A DNA stretch of 64,000 bases from Tubulanus polymorphus (taxonomy: Eukaryota > Animalia > Nemertea). Below, one piece after another: positions 60,001 to 64,000 of the stretch. The stretch spans positions 12,122,485-12,186,484 of the forward strand of contig NC_134027.1 in NCBI RefSeq assembly GCF_964204645.1, given 5' to 3'. Below the pieces are notes generated by a model. That model worked only from the letters and a program-made list of their open reading frames with translations. It was not told the DNA's origin and did no database searches. Numbering within the stretch: the stretch's first letter is position 1; each line of letters opens with the position of its first letter. The translations under genes and the position numbers were made by a program.

Positions 60001-63000
60001 CTGTGGAGAACGTAGAAAGTGTGATCAGAATGAAAATAAATTGCATTACAGTGATATATGTAAATGGGAACTGCGTGCTGAAGATCGCCGGGTTGCAAAT
60101 TCTGTACCCAACATATTTTATAAAGCCAAGAAACTGCAGATTAAACAAGTTGCTGATAAGGGAACACTGGCTATGAAAAGAGTACAAACCAAGCATAGAC
60201 AGTATACAGCTGGTCAAATGGTACATGAATCTACACAGAATGACATAACAAAATTAGATGAAGGGTACAGGATATTCAGAACAATAAGAAATTCTCCACC
60301 ATACCTTGAACACTGTAAAAAAGATATAATGGCAATGATAAGGCAACTGGGTTTGCCAACTTGGTTCATGTCACTTTCAGCTGCTGACACGAGATGGAAT
60401 GATTTGATAATTATGCTAGGAAAGTTAAATGATCACAAAGATTATACCGATGATCTGTCTCAGGGAAGATTGTCACATAATGATATAAACAGATTAATTA
60501 GCTCAGATCCTGTGACATGTGCTAGGTATTTCAATGACAGAGTTCAGAGTTTCTTAAAAATGGTTGTTCAGAGTGATAGTCATCCTCTGGGTGAATGGAA
60601 AGACTATGTTTACGGAGTAGAGTTCCAGCACCGGGGATCAGCTCATATACATTTATTAGCTTGGGTAAAAGATGCTCCGCAGTACGGAGAGTCTGATGTA
60701 TCAGAAATCATCGAATATGTTGATAAACATGTTTCTTGTTCAAAGGATGAACCTGAACATATGCAAGATTATGTTAAGATGCAAACCCATAAGCATAGTC
60801 GATCATGTAGAAAAGGAGGCAAGGCAATATGCAGGTTTGGATTTCCCATTCCTCCGTTACCTAAGACTGAACTTATAGAACAGTACGATGGCGAAGATGA
60901 TCATCGAAAGCATTATGAAACTTTGTTTCAGTCTATTAGGAAAGAATTGGAAAAGCTTAATACTCAGACTGAATGCTTGACATTCACACAATTTTTGCAA
61001 CTTCTCAATTGCTCTTATGATGATTATCTTAAAGCTCTGCAGACATCTGTAAAAGGCCCTACTATCTTTCTCAAGAGGGATTTATCTGAGACACGTATTA
61101 ATGCTTATATGAAATTGCTACTTTATGCCTGGAAAGCAAATCATGACATACAGTTTGTCCTAGATCCATATGCATGTGCTATTTATATTACTAATTACAT
61201 AAGTAAATGTGCCAAAGGAATGTCTTCATTGTTGCACAATACATGTAAGGAAGCTCGAAAAGGAAATGATGACTTGCGAAAACAGGTTCGGTTCATTGGA
61301 AACCAGTTTCTTAATGCCACAGAAATTTGTGCTCAAGAAGCTGTTTATTTAGCACTTCAGTTACCACTGATTAAGAAAACAAGACAAGTCGTATTTATTA
61401 ATACTTCACCACCAGATGATAGAACCAGACTACTCAAATCTAATGAAGTTCTAAAAGAATTGCCCGAGGGTTCCACAGATATATTCTCATCTAATGAGAT
61501 GACCCGATATGCTTCAAGGCCAAAGCAGCTAGAGAACTGGTGTTTAGCTGACTATGTTTCTGAATTGTCAATTCATTATAAGGATAAGTTGAAAACTATT
61601 GATCCTTTTCAGGACAATTGTGAAGATGAACTGATTGAAGTTTATGAATCTGAGAATGGTCAGCAGGGCATGATTGATGTGACACTTGCTAACGGCATGA
61701 AAATTAAGTCCAGATCAAATCCTAGGGTTATCAGATATGTCCGCTATAATGCTGAAAAAGATTATGAAAATTTCTGTCGTGAACAGCTACTCTTGTTTCT
61801 CCCATGGAGAGATGAGTCTTGTGATTTACTAGAAAATGGAAGGTTTTCTTCTTATTCTGAACATTATGAGAAGAAAAAAAGCATTATCGACAATAAAAGA
61901 AAGAAGTATGACTTTAAAAGTCAGGAGCTTTATAATGCATTACAGCAGGTGGAGACACTGGCTCAGGATGATGAACTTGAGATGCATTCAGTAGCACCAA
62001 ATACTGAGCAGCAAGAGGCAGATGATGAAGAAACTGGAGTAAGAGAAAGTTTACAGTATGCGTTCTTTGACCCAAAAAGATCATCTCAGCATGAAAACTA
62101 TGATATTGGCTATGACATACATGCTCCATCGAAAGTCAGTGATGAACTACTAAAAGGATGTATTCCTGATTCAGAATTCCTAGAAATTCTCAGGAAACTC
62201 AATGAAAAGCAAAGAGAAATATTTCTACATGTCATACACTGGGTAAAAACCAAAGATATACCACTAAGACTGTTCATATCAGGTTCAGGGGGTGTTGGCA
62301 AGAGTGTTGTGATACGCGTCTTGTTCCAAGCCTTGCATAGGTATTATTTATCTAAAGCTGTTGACAATTTAGACAATATACGAGTAATGAAATGTGCCCC
62401 TACTGGAACCTCAGCATTTAATATTGGAGGAAATACTATTCACCATGCCTTTGGTATTCCAGTTCAGCAAAACTTTGATAGTTTAAGCGCAGAAAGATTG
62501 AATAGTTTAAGAAATAAATACCAAGATTTGAAATTTGTTATAATTGATGAAGTGTCACTCATAAGTAACGAGTTGCTACGTCGTATTAATGTACGCCTTC
62601 AACAGATGAAAGGTAATGCTGAGCCTTTTGGTGGAGTTCACATAGTATTTGTTGGTGATCTGTTTCAGCTAGAGCCAGTGTCCTATTCATGGATCTACAA
62701 GAACCTGGCAACAGGACATACACCTCTTGCTACAAATTTGTGGAAAGAATACTTTTATATGTATGAGCTTACTGAAATTATGAGACAAAAGGATGACCTG
62801 GATTTTGCCCAGTTATTGAACAGACTGCGTGAAGGAATCCATACAAATGCTGATATAGAGTTACTGAAGTCTAGAATTATATCAAGAGATGATCCTTCTT
62901 ACCCAGTCAATATACCACACATGTTTCGGACCAATGCAGAGGTGAATGCTTTCAATGAGTCTGCTTTTGAACGAGCTCAAACAGAAAAAGCCATAGTCAC

Positions 63001-63888
63001 AGCTTTAAATACTGTATTAGGGGATGTTTCTGATGATGTTAAGGAACGAACTTTACTTCATTTAAAAAACTGTAAGAAGTACATGGTTCATACAGAAACT
63101 GGAGGGTTAATATCTCAATTGAGATTGGCAATAGGATTACAGTATGACACAACGGTTAATATTGATGTAGATGATGGCATTACAAATGGTACATCATGCA
63201 TATTGAAAAAAATTGAGTACAGACAAGGTGTTTGTAGGCCAGCAATACTTTGGGTTGCTTTCACTGATCCAAAAATAGGAAAAGACTGTCGAAGCAAAAA
63301 TAGACATTTTATCATAAAGGTGTAAATAGATCATGGACTCCAATCTTTGCTATAATAAGGACTTTCACTGTGAACCGAGCATATGTAAATAGACAACAAT
63401 TCCCTATGTGTCCTTCAGCTGCAAAAACAATTCACAAGTGTCAAGGATATACATTAAAAGAAGCTGTTATCCACATGGGCACCAGGAAATTAGCACAGTC
63501 ACATTATACTGCTCTAAGCAGAGTTACAAATCTGAACAAGCTTTACATTCTTGAACTGAATGAAGGAAAGATATCCGTGTATGATTCAACCTTGGAGGAA
63601 ATGGCTAGATTGCGTTCAGAGAGAACTGTTCAATTATGCTATACACCTGTTTATCAGTTGCCTTTGAATGATCATCGCCTCATATTTCAAAATGTGAGAT
63701 CATTGAATTTACACTTTTCTGATATTGTATGTGATAAAAATTATTTGACAGCAGATGTGATAGGATTTGTTGAAACTTGGTTAATAGATACAGATTCTAG
63801 TGAATGCTATGAAATTGAGGGATTTACTATGATCCGCATGCTCCACATGGTTCATGTAGACCACACCACGGTATTGCTTTGTATGTGA
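57094..63888 (+). CDS. Helentron Rep/helicase polyprotein: herpes-tegument-like cysteine peptidase, basic repeats, Zn finger, HUH Rep, PIF1 helicase, AP-type endonuclease; frameshifts at ~63310 and ~63850
   Basis: Exon 57094-57150 spliced to 57296; GHFHQGD..GNQCTCNA..FDSHSR; GLPTWFMSLSAAD; EFQHRGSAHIHLL; YITNYISK; SGSGGVGKS; IIDEVS; GDLFQLEPV; MRQKDD; TIHKCQG; YTALSRV; FQNVRSL..FVETWL. Confidence 0.93.
58355..58940 (+). repeat. ~54-66-bp coding tandem repeat (RARAIPEKKAAEQIHSRLSKQ-like)
   Basis: About 9 units visible in both DNA and protein. Confidence 0.9.
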
Positions 63889-64000
63889 AGAATAACTATA
63901 TTATTGAAAAGATTCAGCATTTTTCTTCCATTGCTATTGAATATAGTTATGTCAAACTCTTCAGCGAGATAAAGAAAACACCATCCATTCAGATTGTTAT

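Larger units (their letters stand above)
54823..64000 (+). mobile_element. Autonomous Helentron (Helitron2-type), 3' end beyond window
   Basis: 5' end TTTTTT-agctccgctg...cagcggagct hairpin, (GTCC)n, ~119-bp tandem repeats, then the Rep-helicase-endonuclease gene. Confidence 0.85.

Overview
Repeat-rich genomic DNA from an animal, probably a marine invertebrate (inferred from spliceosomal introns and the TE families present). The left half holds a multi-exon HELZ-like SF1B helicase/CCCH zinc-finger gene on the minus strand. Its introns contain a Harbinger remnant, a CR1-type LINE, many Helentron-derived non-autonomous elements (HINEs), MITEs and a BEL/Gypsy LTR chimera. The centre is a complete 16.3 kb, very AT-rich Polinton/Maverick-type endogenous virus (36990-53325, with TIRs and a 6-bp TSD TCAATG) inserted into a small intron of a decayed NDC80 copy. 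It encodes pPolB, integrase, packaging ATPase, major and minor capsid proteins and several membrane proteins. Three features are unusual: (i) a 355-aa LAGLIDADG intein in the pPolB catalytic motif C that resembles the Mimivirus PolB intein; (ii) a poxvirus A2/VLTF-3-like late transcription factor; (iii) a poxvirus late-promoter-like T-run...TAAATG signal at essentially every gene start. Together these suggest an integrated virophage-like hyperparasite of a pox-like cytoplasmic virus. To the right are a pure (CTG)245 tract and a nearly intact autonomous Helentron (deubiquitinase-Rep-PIF1-endonuclease) that runs off the window end. All homologies are recognised by eye from motifs; no searches were run.
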